61,765 nt of DNA, from the NCBI GenBank assembly GCA_044224875.1, contig JBGAJQ010000027.1:1-61765 (forward strand). The letters are read 5' to 3'. Position numbers and translations under genes: made by a program. Under the pieces are notes generated by a model, which was not told the DNA's origin, made no database searches, and saw only the letters and a list, made by a program, of their open reading frames with translations. The stretch comes from Gemmatimonadaceae bacterium. GTDB taxonomy: Bacteria > Gemmatimonadota > Gemmatimonadetes > Gemmatimonadales > Gemmatimonadaceae. This document shows, in pieces, positions 39,747 to 49,485 of the stretch; position 1 is the stretch's first letter, and every line of letters begins with the position of its first letter.

Positions 39747-39767
39747 GCCGCAGTCTCCAATGAAATG

Positions 39768-40913
39768 TTAGGTGCGCGTGTTGGCACGATGGACGCGACC
39801 CTGCCGTGCCAAGCGCCGTTGCAGCAGCCGGGCGCCACTCTGGTCGATCACCACCGCCACCACCAGCGCGCCGCCGATGATGATCCATTCGTAGTTCTGG
39901 TCCAGGTGCAACGTGCGAATCGCCTGGCGAATCAGCACGATGAGCAGTGCACCCAGCATGGCGCTCACTGCACTGCCGCGACCGCCGTTCAACGAGGCGC
40001 CGCCCACCACCGACGCCGCCACGACATACAATTCGTACCCCGTGGCGTCCGACGACGTCGCCGAGCCGTAGAAACTGGCGCCGATGAACGCCGCGAACCC
40101 TGCCGTCAGCCCCGACAGCACAAACACCCCAAGCTGGATGCGGTCCACCCGAAGCCCGGAGAAACGGCTGGCCTCCGCGTTGCCGCCGACGGCAAACACG
40201 TGCCGCCCCATCACCGTCCGCGTCAGGTAAACGCTTCCCAGTCCCGTCACCAGCAACATCGAAAGCAGCGGAACCGGATAGAGGGAGGACGTCAAACCCA
40301 GCGATGCCTTGGCCACGTTGGTCAGCGCCTGCGGCACGAGAATGCTCTCGGCGCGACTGATCACAAAGGCCACCCCTCGCAGCATCCACATCGTCCCGAG
40401 CGTGATGATGAAGGGGTGCACGCGCAATCCGATCACCATCGCCCCGTTCGCCACGCCCGCCAGCAGCCCGACCACCAGGCACGTTCCCAGCGCGAACATC
40501 ACCGTGACCACGTCACCCATGGGGCCCGCCGCGCGGAGCGCCATTGCCATCACGACCCCTGCCAGCGCGTAGACCGCACCAACGGAAAGGTCGATGCCGC
40601 CGGCGATGATGACGATGGTTGCGCCTACTCCCATGATCGCGAATGCGCTCGCATCCGTGGCCATCTGGATCAGCGTATGCGCGTTCAGGAAATTGTTGAC
40701 GGTTTCCCCGCTCAGGGCATCCACGTGAGAACCCGACGCCAGTGTCAACAGGGTTCCGAGCACGAGCAGCACGATGACCAACCCGGCCTGCTGAGAGCGA
40801 AGCAAGCGCCCAACCACAGACGACGCCGGGCTTGCCGTACCACCGCCATCGCGTGCCATCGCTGGCGATTCCGGCTCGTGGCCGGACGCCTTCGCTTCAG
40901 CGGATGGATTCAC
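39768..40913 (-). CDS. Sugar ABC transporter permease (RbsC/AraH type)
   Basis: GGIDLSVG, PFIITLG, AVGGNAEASRFSG, YELYVVAASVVGG. Confidence 0.92.
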   Translation of the reverse strand: MNPSAEAKASGHEPESPAMARDGGGTASPASSVVGRLLRSQQAGLVIVLLVLGTLLTLASGSHVDALSGETVNNFLNAHTLIQMATDASAFAIMGVGATIVIIAGGIDLSVGAVYALAGVVMAMALRAAGPMGDVVTVMFALGTCLVVGLLAGVANGAMVIGLRVHPFIITLGTMWMLRGVAFVISRAESILVPQALTNVAKASLGLTSSLYPVPLLSMLLVTGLGSVYLTRTVMGRHVFAVGGNAEASRFSGLRVDRIQLGVFVLSGLTAGFAAFIGASFYGSATSSDATGYELYVVAASVVGGASLNGGRGSAVSAMLGALLIVLIRQAIRTLHLDQNYEWIIIGGALVVAVVIDQSGARLLQRRLARQGRVHRANTRT

Positions 40914-41050
40914 GTGGCAGTGGCCTCGTCGTTGGGAACGAGTGCAACTCTACGGACGGGCGACTGGCCTGTCAACGCGCCCGTCAGCTTGTGCATGTTG
41001 TTGCGGTGTTGAATTTTAGGCTCGCCGCAAGACTCCGCTTCGAGGATCCC

Positions 41051-42538
41051 ATGGACGTCCATCAAATCGCCACAAAAGACGGTCGCCGTTCCGCGCCGCT
41101 CCCCGCATCCCAGCGCAAACGCCCCGCTGAGCCGCGCCGTCCGACCATCGGCGTGGTCGTAGGCAATCGCGGGTTCTTTCCCGGTCACCTCGTCGAAAAG
41201 GGGCGCGAGGATATCCTGGCCGTGTTGGAGCGTGACGGATTCGATGTCGTCGCGCTGAGTACGACCGACGCCCGCTACGGTGCCGTGGAGAGCCGCGACG
41301 AGGCCAAGGCCTGCGCCGCGCTCTTTCGCGAGCGCCGCGACCGCATCGATGGCATCCTCGTCACCCTGCCGAACTTTGGCGACGAACGCGCCATCGCCGA
41401 GACGTTGCGGCTGGCGGGGTTGAACGTACCGGTCCTGATCCAGGCAACGGCCGACGCCCCGGATCGGATGACGATCAAGGACCGACGGGATTCATTCTGC
41501 GGCAAGATGTCCGCGTGCAACGTGCTCTCGCAGTATGGCATTCCCTACTCGCTGACGCGCTCTCACACGGTGGATCCGCACAGCGAGGCATTTCGCGCCG
41601 ACCTTCGCCGCTTCCTTGGAATCTGCCGCGTGGTCAACGGTCTTCGGACAGCACGCATCGGCGCCATCGGCGCGCGGCCCGCCGCCTTCAAGACCGTCCG
41701 CTATAGTGAGAAACTGCTCGAGGCCAGCGGGATCGCGGTGGAGACCATTGACCTGTCGGAAATCCTGGGGCGCATTCAGCGCCTTCGCGACGATGCGCCG
41801 GCCACCACCGCCAAGCTCGAGGAAATGCGGGCCTACGTGCCGGTCGCCGGCGTGCCGGATGCCGCGTTGCTCAAGCAAGCCAAGCTGGGCGTCGTGCTGG
41901 ACGATTGGATGGTTGAAGCTGACGTCAACATCAGTGCCGTGCAGTGCTGGACGTCGATCGAGGAGTACTACGGCGTGGTCCCCTGCACGGTTATGAGCAT
42001 GATGAGCAACGAGCTGGCGCCCAGCGCCTGCGAGGTGGATGTCTGTGGCACCCTGGCGATGTACGCCCTGGCGTTGGCCTCGCACACACCGAGTGCCCTC
42101 CTCGACTGGAACAACAACTACGGTGAAGATCCCAACAAGGCAGTGTGCTTTCACTGCAGCAACCTCCCAAAGCACTTCTTCTCTGACGTCCGCATGGACT
42201 ATCAGGAGATCATCGCGGGCACCGTCGGCCGTGATAACACCTATGGCACGTGTGTGGGCCGCGTCCGCCCATCGCCCATGACGTTCGCGCGTTTCTCCAC
42301 CGACGACCGCACCGGCCGCATTCGTGGCTATGTCGGCGAGGGTCGCTTCACGGACGACGAACTGGAGACCTTCGGGGGCGCCGGCGTCGTGGAGATTCCA
42401 CACCTGCAACGACTCCTGCATTTCATCTGCGAGAATGGCTTCGAGCACCATGTCGCGGCCAACTTGTCAGGCGTTGCCGACATCGTGGAAGAGGCGTGCA
42501 CCAAGTACTTGGGCTGGGACATCCATCACCACAGGTAA
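41051..42538 (+). CDS. L-fucose/L-arabinose isomerase family protein
   Basis: NFGDE, RRDSFCGK, QCW, ACEVD, HCSN, FEHHV; upstream of ribulokinase. Confidence 0.87.
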   Translation: MDVHQIATKDGRRSAPLPASQRKRPAEPRRPTIGVVVGNRGFFPGHLVEKGREDILAVLERDGFDVVALSTTDARYGAVESRDEAKACAALFRERRDRIDGILVTLPNFGDERAIAETLRLAGLNVPVLIQATADAPDRMTIKDRRDSFCGKMSACNVLSQYGIPYSLTRSHTVDPHSEAFRADLRRFLGICRVVNGLRTARIGAIGARPAAFKTVRYSEKLLEASGIAVETIDLSEILGRIQRLRDDAPATTAKLEEMRAYVPVAGVPDAALLKQAKLGVVLDDWMVEADVNISAVQCWTSIEEYYGVVPCTVMSMMSNELAPSACEVDVCGTLAMYALALASHTPSALLDWNNNYGEDPNKAVCFHCSNLPKHFFSDVRMDYQEIIAGTVGRDNTYGTCVGRVRPSPMTFARFSTDDRTGRIRGYVGEGRFTDDELETFGGAGVVEIPHLQRLLHFICENGFEHHVAANLSGVADIVEEACTKYLGWDIHHHR

Positions 42539-42542
42539 GTCC

Positions 42543-44135
42543 ATGACTGTTGTAGCTGGCGTCGACTTCGGCACGGAAAGTGTCCGCGTTTCGATCGTCG
42601 ATCACGAGGCAGGGGTGCTGGGATACGGCGTGGCCGAGTACCCCGTTGTCCGCAGCGGGGCCGATCCGGATTTTGCCACGCAGTCCCACGACGCGCACAT
42701 GCAGGCGCTGGTGGACGCCACGCACCGCGCCCTGCGAGAGGCCAAGGTGGACGGCAAGGCGGTGTGCGCGCTCGCCCTCGATACGACGGGATCCACGGTC
42801 GTCGTGGTTGGCGAGGGGCTTCGCCCGTTAGGCGACTATTACTTGTGGTGCGATCACCGGGCCAAGGACGAGGCAGCACGGATCACCGAGGTGGCCAACC
42901 AGGAAGGGTTGCCGGCGATCGAGCGCTGCGGTGGCGTCTACTCATCGGAATGGGGGTTCGCCAAGCTGCTGCACTGGCTGCGACACAATCCGGCTCAGCG
43001 CACCCAGGCCGTCGCGGCCCTCGAACACTGCGACATGGTCGCCGCGCTGTTGTGTGGTATCGCCGAACCCGGAGAGATGCCGCGCTCGATCTGCGCCATG
43101 GGACACAAATGGCTGTGGAGCGCCGACCTCGGCGGACTTCCGCCTAACGACTTCCTCACCAAGGTCGACCCCTTGCTGGATCAGGCAGGGCGGCTCCTCC
43201 GCGGTCGCTATCGCACCTCGAACCACCTCGCCGGTACCCTGTCCGCCGCGTGGGCCGATCGCCTCGGGCTGGCCGCCGGAATCCCGATTCCGGTAGGGGG
43301 ATTCGATGCCCACTGGGACGCCATCGGCGCCGGCATCGCCGAAGGGGACGTCGTCAACGTGGTGGGCACCACCACCTGCACGATGGCGATCGCCCGGGAT
43401 GCCGGGTGGGTCCCCGGCGTGTGTGGCGTCGTGGACGGGTCCATTCATCCAGAACGCAAGGGAATCGAGGCCGGGCTCTCAGCCACCGGCTACCTCTTTG
43501 GCGCGATCGCCAAGCGGGCCGGGTCTACGGTGAGTGCCCTGTCCAATGGCCTCGATCGCTATCGCGCCGGTGAGACCGGACTCCTTCGCCTAACGTGGGA
43601 CAATGGCGATCGCACCATCCTCGTGAACCCGAATCTCGGCGGCGTCACCTTGGGATGGAACCTCAACTCCACGGCGCAGGATGAGCTCTTCGCAGCGATC
43701 GAGGGAACGGCGATGCATCAACGGATTGTCCTCGAGCGCATGTCCGAGCATGGCGTCCCGATCGACCGGGTAATCCATGGAGGAGGCATTCCACAGAAGA
43801 ACGAGGTGCTGAATCGGGTCTACGCCAACGTCCTCGGAAAGCCGGTGCTGGTCCCCGAGCGACCCATCACCAGTCTGGGGTCCGCCATTTTCGCGTTCCT
43901 GGCGGCCGGGGTCTTCCGAACGATCGAGGACGCCCAGCGGTCACTTTGTCCGCCTCTACGCGACGTCCAACCCGACCTGGGAGAGCACGCGGTCTACAAC
44001 GAGCTATTTGCGCATTTCCGATCACTCTATTTCGCCTTTGGGACCCCCGGGTCGGACGCTCTCCCGATCGGTCAGGTTCTCCCGGACATTCGACGCCTGG
44101 GGGAGCGCGTGAGGTCAGCCAAGGGGAAACAGTGA
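42543..44135 (+). CDS. araB: Ribulokinase (FGGY family)
   Basis: GVDFGT, DTTGST, LWCDH, YSSEW, MGHK, FDAH, GGGI. Confidence 0.85.
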   Translation: MTVVAGVDFGTESVRVSIVDHEAGVLGYGVAEYPVVRSGADPDFATQSHDAHMQALVDATHRALREAKVDGKAVCALALDTTGSTVVVVGEGLRPLGDYYLWCDHRAKDEAARITEVANQEGLPAIERCGGVYSSEWGFAKLLHWLRHNPAQRTQAVAALEHCDMVAALLCGIAEPGEMPRSICAMGHKWLWSADLGGLPPNDFLTKVDPLLDQAGRLLRGRYRTSNHLAGTLSAAWADRLGLAAGIPIPVGGFDAHWDAIGAGIAEGDVVNVVGTTTCTMAIARDAGWVPGVCGVVDGSIHPERKGIEAGLSATGYLFGAIAKRAGSTVSALSNGLDRYRAGETGLLRLTWDNGDRTILVNPNLGGVTLGWNLNSTAQDELFAAIEGTAMHQRIVLERMSEHGVPIDRVIHGGGIPQKNEVLNRVYANVLGKPVLVPERPITSLGSAIFAFLAAGVFRTIEDAQRSLCPPLRDVQPDLGEHAVYNELFAHFRSLYFAFGTPGSDALPIGQVLPDIRRLGERVRSAKGKQ

Positions 44136-44242
44136 CCGTCTGCAGCCGCAACGGGCGCCGGAGGGTGAGCCAAGGGGTGCGCTCTCCCGACTGCATCCTT
44201 GGCGGGTAGCCCGTAGTCAGCCGACCAGCTGCCACGCGCCCT

Positions 44243-44271
44243 TTGACTTCCCCCGGCAACCGTACTACCTT
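44243..44271 (+). promoter_or_regulatory. Sigma70-like promoter of the csp gene, implying a ~200-nt 5' UTR
   Basis: TTGACT-17 nt-TACCTT; long 5' UTRs are typical of cold-shock csp mRNAs. Confidence 0.55.
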
Positions 44272-44477
44272 TTCACCGTCGCATTTCCATGGGAATTGCG
44301 ACCCTGATCCTGACGCGGGGCCAACGCAGCTGCGCTGGCCCCGTTCGAATTTCAGGAGATCCTCCGGCGAGTGCCGATGGGATGCCCGCCGTGGGGTCCA
44401 GGAACGCGGCTTTCACTGTTGTCGGTATGTACGGGTCTCCGCACTCCGAACAACACAAGACGAACAAGGAGTAGGAC

Positions 44478-44690
44478 ATGCGTACGACCGGTACCGTGAA
44501 GTGGTTCAACGACGCGAAGGGCTTTGGGTTTGTGACGCCGGAGAACGGCTCCAAGGATTGCTTCGTGCATCATTCTGCCATCCAGGGCAGCGGCTTCAAG
44601 TCGTTGCAGGAAGGCGAGCGCGTCGAGTTCGACATCGTGCAGGGCCAGAAGGGCCCCGCCGCTGAGAACGTCGTGAAGCTCGGTCGTTAA
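44478..44690 (+). CDS. cspA: Cold-shock protein (CspA family)
   Basis: GTVKWFN, KGFGF (RNP1), CFVH (RNP2), KGPAA; strong RBS AAGGAG. Confidence 0.95.
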   Translation: MRTTGTVKWFNDAKGFGFVTPENGSKDCFVHHSAIQGSGFKSLQEGERVEFDIVQGQKGPAAENVVKLGR

Positions 44691-44708
44691 GTCGGCGGTA
44701 CATCTGGG

Positions 44709-44742
44709 AGGCCGGTCTGGCGAGTTCGTCGGACCGGCCTTT
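44709..44742 (+). terminator. Hairpin after csp (intrinsic terminator-like)
   Basis: AGGCCGGTCTGGCG / CGTCGGACCGGCCT stem with two G-U pairs, followed by a short T tract. Confidence 0.6.
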
Positions 44743-44782
44743 GGTGTCTTACCGGCGCCGCGGCGCCGCTCAAGGGAGTCAC

Positions 44783-44989
44783 ATGATCGATATCCAGCTC
44801 GCCGACGGCGATAGCGTCGAACGCGCGCTTCGCGTCCTCAAGAAGCAGGTGCTGCGTTCCGGGTTGCTGAAGGAGCTGCGCCGGCGCCGCCACTACGTGA
44901 AGCCAAGCGAGGCACGCCAGCTCAAGGCCGCCGCAGCGCGTCGCCGCGCTCGCATGGCGCAGCGTAAGTCCGGCGACAGCCGCCGATAG
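44783..44989 (+). CDS. rpsU: 30S ribosomal protein bS21
   Basis: DSVERALRVLKK, ELRRRRHYVKPS; RBS GGGAG. Confidence 0.9.
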   Translation: MIDIQLADGDSVERALRVLKKQVLRSGLLKELRRRRHYVKPSEARQLKAAAARRRARMAQRKSGDSRR

Positions 44990-45018
44990 CCCCGAGCCCC
45001 TCGCGACCAGGAGTTTCA

Positions 45019-45279
45019 ATGAAGCTGCCGGACAAGATCAACGGCGCTTGGGTAATGGGCCTGGGAAACGATGACCTCATCGAAGCCGAGTGGCAGCTGC
45101 ATCAGCTGTTCACGAAGCTGGAGGTCAGCGAAAAAAAGGCGATGGGGCGCAACTACGAGATGCTGCGCGGCTCGGCCGAACTCATCATGGCCTGGCAGCG
45201 TTGGGGTCTCGTCAGTGGCGCGGTGCGTTCACGCGGACTGCATCCGCGTTACCGCGGCGGCCGGACTCCCGACGCCTAA
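45019..45279 (+). CDS. Hypothetical protein (86 aa)
   Basis: RBS AGGAG, coding-like codon usage, co-oriented with rpsU. Confidence 0.65.
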   Translation: MKLPDKINGAWVMGLGNDDLIEAEWQLHQLFTKLEVSEKKAMGRNYEMLRGSAELIMAWQRWGLVSGAVRSRGLHPRYRGGRTPDA

Positions 45280-45983
45280 CGGCTGGCAACCGGCTCCGCT
45301 TGGCCGTAGTAGGCCGCGGGACCGTGTTTCCGCTGGAAGTGCCGCTCGCGCAGCGCGTCGGAGATGGGCGCGATGTTCGGGTTGAGACACGTGGTGCGGT
45401 AGGCCATCGCCGCCACCGCTTCCAATACCGACGCCGTTTCAACGGCGTCGCGCACCGTGGCTCCCCAACAGAAACTCGCGTGGCCGTGCACCAGCACGGC
45501 CGGCATGTGCAACGGATTAATCCCGAACAACTGGCGAGCAATCGCGCGCCCAGTGGCGGCCTCGTAGTCACCCGCAATCTCGTCCGGACCCAACGGTGCC
45601 GTGATCGGGATAGGGCCCCGAAAGTAGTCCGCGTGCGTCGTCCCAAGGCACGGGATGTCCTTGCCAGCCTGCGCCCACACGGTCGCAAAGTGCGAATGCG
45701 TGTGAACAATACCGCCGACGTTGGGAAACGCTCGGTACAGGTCCAGGTGCGTTGGTAGGTCCGACGACGGGCGCAGTTCTCCAGACACCACGCGTCCATT
45801 CAGTTCCGTCACCACCAGATCGTCTGCCGTCAGCACATCATAGGCAACGCCGCTGGGCTTGATGATCACCAGCCGCCGCCCTCGGTCGATTGCACTCGCG
45901 TTCCCAAACGTGAATCTCGCCAAACCACGCTTGGCGAGCTCCTTGTTGGCCCAGAGAACGTGCGTTCGAAGTGCTTCTAGCAT
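45276..45983 (-). CDS. araD: L-ribulose-5-phosphate 4-epimerase
   Basis: FGNAS, IKPSGV, PSSD, HTHS, GTTHADYF, HG, C-terminal RKHGPAAYYGQ. Confidence 0.93.
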   Translation of the reverse strand: MLEALRTHVLWANKELAKRGLARFTFGNASAIDRGRRLVIIKPSGVAYDVLTADDLVVTELNGRVVSGELRPSSDLPTHLDLYRAFPNVGGIVHTHSHFATVWAQAGKDIPCLGTTHADYFRGPIPITAPLGPDEIAGDYEAATGRAIARQLFGINPLHMPAVLVHGHASFCWGATVRDAVETASVLEAVAAMAYRTTCLNPNIAPISDALRERHFQRKHGPAAYYGQAEPVASR

Positions 45984-46204
45984 GTGCGATTGAAGGAGAA
46001 TTCCGGTCGGTCGGCGTGCAGGGTAGGCTACGGGCGAACGCTGACACCGTCAATCCGGTGCCCCCGCGGTGAGCGTCCGCACGTGCGGTCCCTAGGAGCA
46101 AACACCGTCATTCCGCTGAGCCACTCGCGCCGGCGCCGTCACCACAGCAACGTACCAGCAGTAAGTGCAGGCGAACGTGCAGTCCCAGACCTACTGACAT
46201 AAAC

Positions 46205-47200
46205 ATGAGCCCGCTTCGTCCGGTGACTAAAAAGTACCCGCTTCTTCTTCATAGAATAGGCGTCGTGAAGACTGTCCCTCTGGCAGCGCTCGCCGCGTGC
46301 GCCACCGCTCCCGTGCGCCCGGTCTCGGGACCGCCGACCCCAGCGTCGGAGGCGCGGCGCATCGTACTCACCGCACCAAACGCCGAGCGCAGCCTGGAAG
46401 ACTTGACAGCGAGCGCCGTGCAGCACGACGTGGTCTTCTTTGGCGAGGAGCACACGGACCCCGGCACGCACCGCGCGGAATTCGAGCTGCTGTCCGCTAT
46501 TGGGCAGCGCCATGGCCGCGTGGTGCTGTCGCTCGAGATGTTCGAGCGCGACGTGCAGGAAACGGTGAATGCATACCTCGGCGGTCGAATCACCGAGGCG
46601 GATTTTCTCTCCAAGAGCCGTCCATGGGCTCGATACTCCACCGACTACCGGGACCTGGTGGAGCTGGCGAAGGCAAAGGGGTGGCCCGTGGTCGCCTCGA
46701 ATGTCCCGAGGTCGATCGCATCGGCGGTTGGGCGACGCGGTCTGGTTGGCCTCGACTCGCTGTCTGCCGCCGATCGGGCGCATGCCGCATCCGACATTCA
46801 ATGCCCGGACGACGACTACCGACGCCGGTTCTTTGAGGAGATGAAGGGGCACGGGTCCGGCGGCGCAGCACCCTCCCCCGCCGACACGCTGCCCACCGCG
46901 GTGGCCCAACGATTCTATTTCGCGCAGTGCGTCAAGGACGAGACGATGGCGGAGTCGATCGTTGCCGCGCGACAGCGCGCCGGCAGCGGGGTGCTGGTCG
47001 TCCACTATGACGGCTCGTTCCACAGTGACTATGGTGAGGGAACCGCCGCCCGCGTTCGGCGGCGTGACCCGTCAGCCCGCACGCTGGTCATCACCGCGAT
47101 CCCGGTGCCCGACCTGTCGAAGGCGGCGGTCGCCGACGCCAAGCGCGCAGACTACGTCATCTTCACGAAGGCGACCGCCACGGACAGCACGAAACGTTAG
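46205..47200 (+). CDS. ChaN/TIKI-family lipoprotein (start possibly GTG at 46265)
   Basis: Lipobox LAAC, FFGEEH, LSLEMF, ASNVPR, DETMAESI, GSFH. Confidence 0.82.
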   Translation: MSPLRPVTKKYPLLLHRIGVVKTVPLAALAACATAPVRPVSGPPTPASEARRIVLTAPNAERSLEDLTASAVQHDVVFFGEEHTDPGTHRAEFELLSAIGQRHGRVVLSLEMFERDVQETVNAYLGGRITEADFLSKSRPWARYSTDYRDLVELAKAKGWPVVASNVPRSIASAVGRRGLVGLDSLSAADRAHAASDIQCPDDDYRRRFFEEMKGHGSGGAAPSPADTLPTAVAQRFYFAQCVKDETMAESIVAARQRAGSGVLVVHYDGSFHSDYGEGTAARVRRRDPSARTLVITAIPVPDLSKAAVADAKRADYVIFTKATATDSTKR

Positions 47201-49002
47201 GCAATTCCGGACCGCGTCTTCGCCTTCTGGATCACGGCACGCATCTGGTCGCGGTACTTCTCGAAGGTGTCGTCGACGACGTTCAGGGTGGGAATGGCCG
47301 TCGCCGCGAGTGACCCTGTCTCGGGGTTGAACCTCGAGAAGCCGGACTCGTGGACGCCGGATGAGCCGCGTCCGGGTGCGGGGTGACTCAGGTGCTGAAA
47401 GAAGCGGGCGTGCTGCTGCACGAATGGGCTACCCAGCCCACCGCCACCGGCATGGTACAACGGGATGAACGACAGCATCGCATCGTAGTGCATCTCGCCG
47501 CAGCATAGGACGCGCGGATACCGCGCCTTGAGGTCGAGCACGAGCTGCTGAATCCCAGCGTGCATGTCGGCTCGTGGGTTGTTGGTCCAGCCGCCGGCGA
47601 TGTCCAGGAAGTATGCGTCCACGCCAAAGCGATCGATCATGTCCGAGATGCGCGCCGTCAGATGCGACCGCCACGAGTCAACACCCAGGTTCATGTAGGC
47701 GAGCCACCCGTCCTGGTGACGGTCATTGTCCCAATCGACCCAGTTCAGGTCCATGATGTCGCCATCGATCTTGGCACTCGCCGCATCCGCCACGCGCTGG
47801 AACACCGGCTGCTTGCGATTGGCTGCATTGCAGCCAAACATGGGCATCATCCGGAAGCCCAGTCGCTGGCCTTCCTGTATGAGCTGACGGAAGGCGGATT
47901 CACCGCCCATGCGCGGATCCACCACATACTTCGGGTAGTCCCAGTAGTAGCGGCCATCCCACGCCGATATGAACACCAGCACGCGGTCGGCAGGGATCTC
48001 GGCGGCCATCCACCGGAGTTGCTCGAGCATCCGCGGGTAGGTGTTGAAGATGTACCCCGTATAGTGTTGCCCATGCAGCGTGGTCACGAGCGCTGTCTTC
48101 CGTAGCCAGGCCGGAACATCCTCGCGCGTGTCCCAGTCGGGCACGGCGTAGGCGCGCGCCACGTGCTCGTAGTGAACGCGCAACGCCTGCGACGGCTCCT
48201 TCACACGCCCCAGGCGCCACGTGGGTACCTGCACCGATCGTTCGTCCTTCCAACCTTCCACTTCCCAGTTGGCCTCGAGCTTGTAGCCGCTCTCTCCCGG
48301 CTGCAGGTAGAACCGCTTAGCACGCACGCGGTCGTCTAGCGACGAAATGAAAAAGATGTCGTCAGCTGTCTTCCGTACCATCAGCAGCGGCGTGGTCAGT
48401 CCTCCCGCCGAGCCCGGACCAAAGAGGTCGCCCGCACTGAATGGGTACCCGAACAGCAACTCGTCATCCTTGGGATCGAAGAACTCGTAGCCAGGTGAAA
48501 CGCTTCCACGGGGCACGCCCCTCACGAGGAGCGACACGCTCTTCACGGGCTGCGCCATTTCGACGGAAATCTTCGCCTCCACGCCGATCGCGGTGGAAAG
48601 AAGCTCGAGTGTGACGCGACCATTCGCCGTCTCCTGCCCACCGGCCCACGTCAACCCAGTCGCCTCCACGCGCGCACCGTTCGCTGTGGTCTCGGCGCGC
48701 ATCCGTGCGGGGTCCATGGCGTAGGCATTCTCACGCGTGAAGACGGTCACGCCAAAGCGATAGCCGTTGAATTCGACGGAGGGCTCCGGAAAGTCAAAGG
48801 AGAACTTCATGAACCCGTTACCGCGACCGGGAACGAACACTTCGCTGGTGGATGTGAGCGGCAGGATCGAAAGGGGCGCCGGAGTTGGGGCTGCTAGGTC
48901 GAATTCCGGCGCGCCGGCCACGCCACTTCGCGGAAGAATGGACGAGGCACCGGCGATACCGAGGACCTTCAAGGCGTCGCGTCTGGTCAGGGAGTCGGAC
49001 AT
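47197..49002 (-). CDS. Tat-exported protein, probable TIM-barrel glycoside hydrolase-like
   Basis: Tat motif LTRRDALK; beta-sandwich-like N-terminus; WDGRYYWDYP, NLGVDSW, FGVDAYFLD resemble clan-D glycosidase barrels. Confidence 0.6.
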   Translation of the reverse strand: MSDSLTRRDALKVLGIAGASSILPRSGVAGAPEFDLAAPTPAPLSILPLTSTSEVFVPGRGNGFMKFSFDFPEPSVEFNGYRFGVTVFTRENAYAMDPARMRAETTANGARVEATGLTWAGGQETANGRVTLELLSTAIGVEAKISVEMAQPVKSVSLLVRGVPRGSVSPGYEFFDPKDDELLFGYPFSAGDLFGPGSAGGLTTPLLMVRKTADDIFFISSLDDRVRAKRFYLQPGESGYKLEANWEVEGWKDERSVQVPTWRLGRVKEPSQALRVHYEHVARAYAVPDWDTREDVPAWLRKTALVTTLHGQHYTGYIFNTYPRMLEQLRWMAAEIPADRVLVFISAWDGRYYWDYPKYVVDPRMGGESAFRQLIQEGQRLGFRMMPMFGCNAANRKQPVFQRVADAASAKIDGDIMDLNWVDWDNDRHQDGWLAYMNLGVDSWRSHLTARISDMIDRFGVDAYFLDIAGGWTNNPRADMHAGIQQLVLDLKARYPRVLCCGEMHYDAMLSFIPLYHAGGGGLGSPFVQQHARFFQHLSHPAPGRGSSGVHESGFSRFNPETGSLAATAIPTLNVVDDTFEKYRDQMRAVIQKAKTRSGIA

Positions 49003-49363
49003 GCGGTTGGGAGAGAGGTTTCGTAATGTGCGAATCGACACCGGGTCCGGCGAGGACTCCCTCGCTGCGTGTCGTGAGCACACGGATGCACGCCGGGGGG
49101 GCCTCGGGTCGTCCGTGCGAACCGCGAAGGTTGCCAGCGCCGCGCACTGCCGCCAAGTGAACGGCCTCCGGTCGCCTTGCGACTACGCGGGTAGAGCGCG
49201 GTGCCCTCGTGCGAGGGATCCCCTGACACGAGTTCGATGCACGCGAGTTTCCGCCAACGGGGACGCTGGTAGCGCCATGCCGCATGGACCCGAGAGATCC
49301 GTGGCGCGCCGATCCGCGTCGCGTCAGCCACACTCAGCCGTGTTGGAGCCGCCGGGAGTGAAT

Positions 49364-49397
49364 AGTCGTTAGGTCAAGCGTCGTGTCAGTCGTTAGG
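49364..49397 (+). repeat. Tandem direct repeat AGTCGTTAGG x2 (24-bp period) in a divergent intergenic region
   Basis: Copies at 49364-49373 and 49388-49397; each contains the iterated YGTTAGG motif. Confidence 0.6.
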
Positions 49398-49485
49398 CAG
49401 GTGCGACTCAAATCACAGTCGCCCGCGCGATGATTGGCCATATTGGCGCGTCCTTCAGCACGTCCCCCACTCGTGAGGAGGAACA

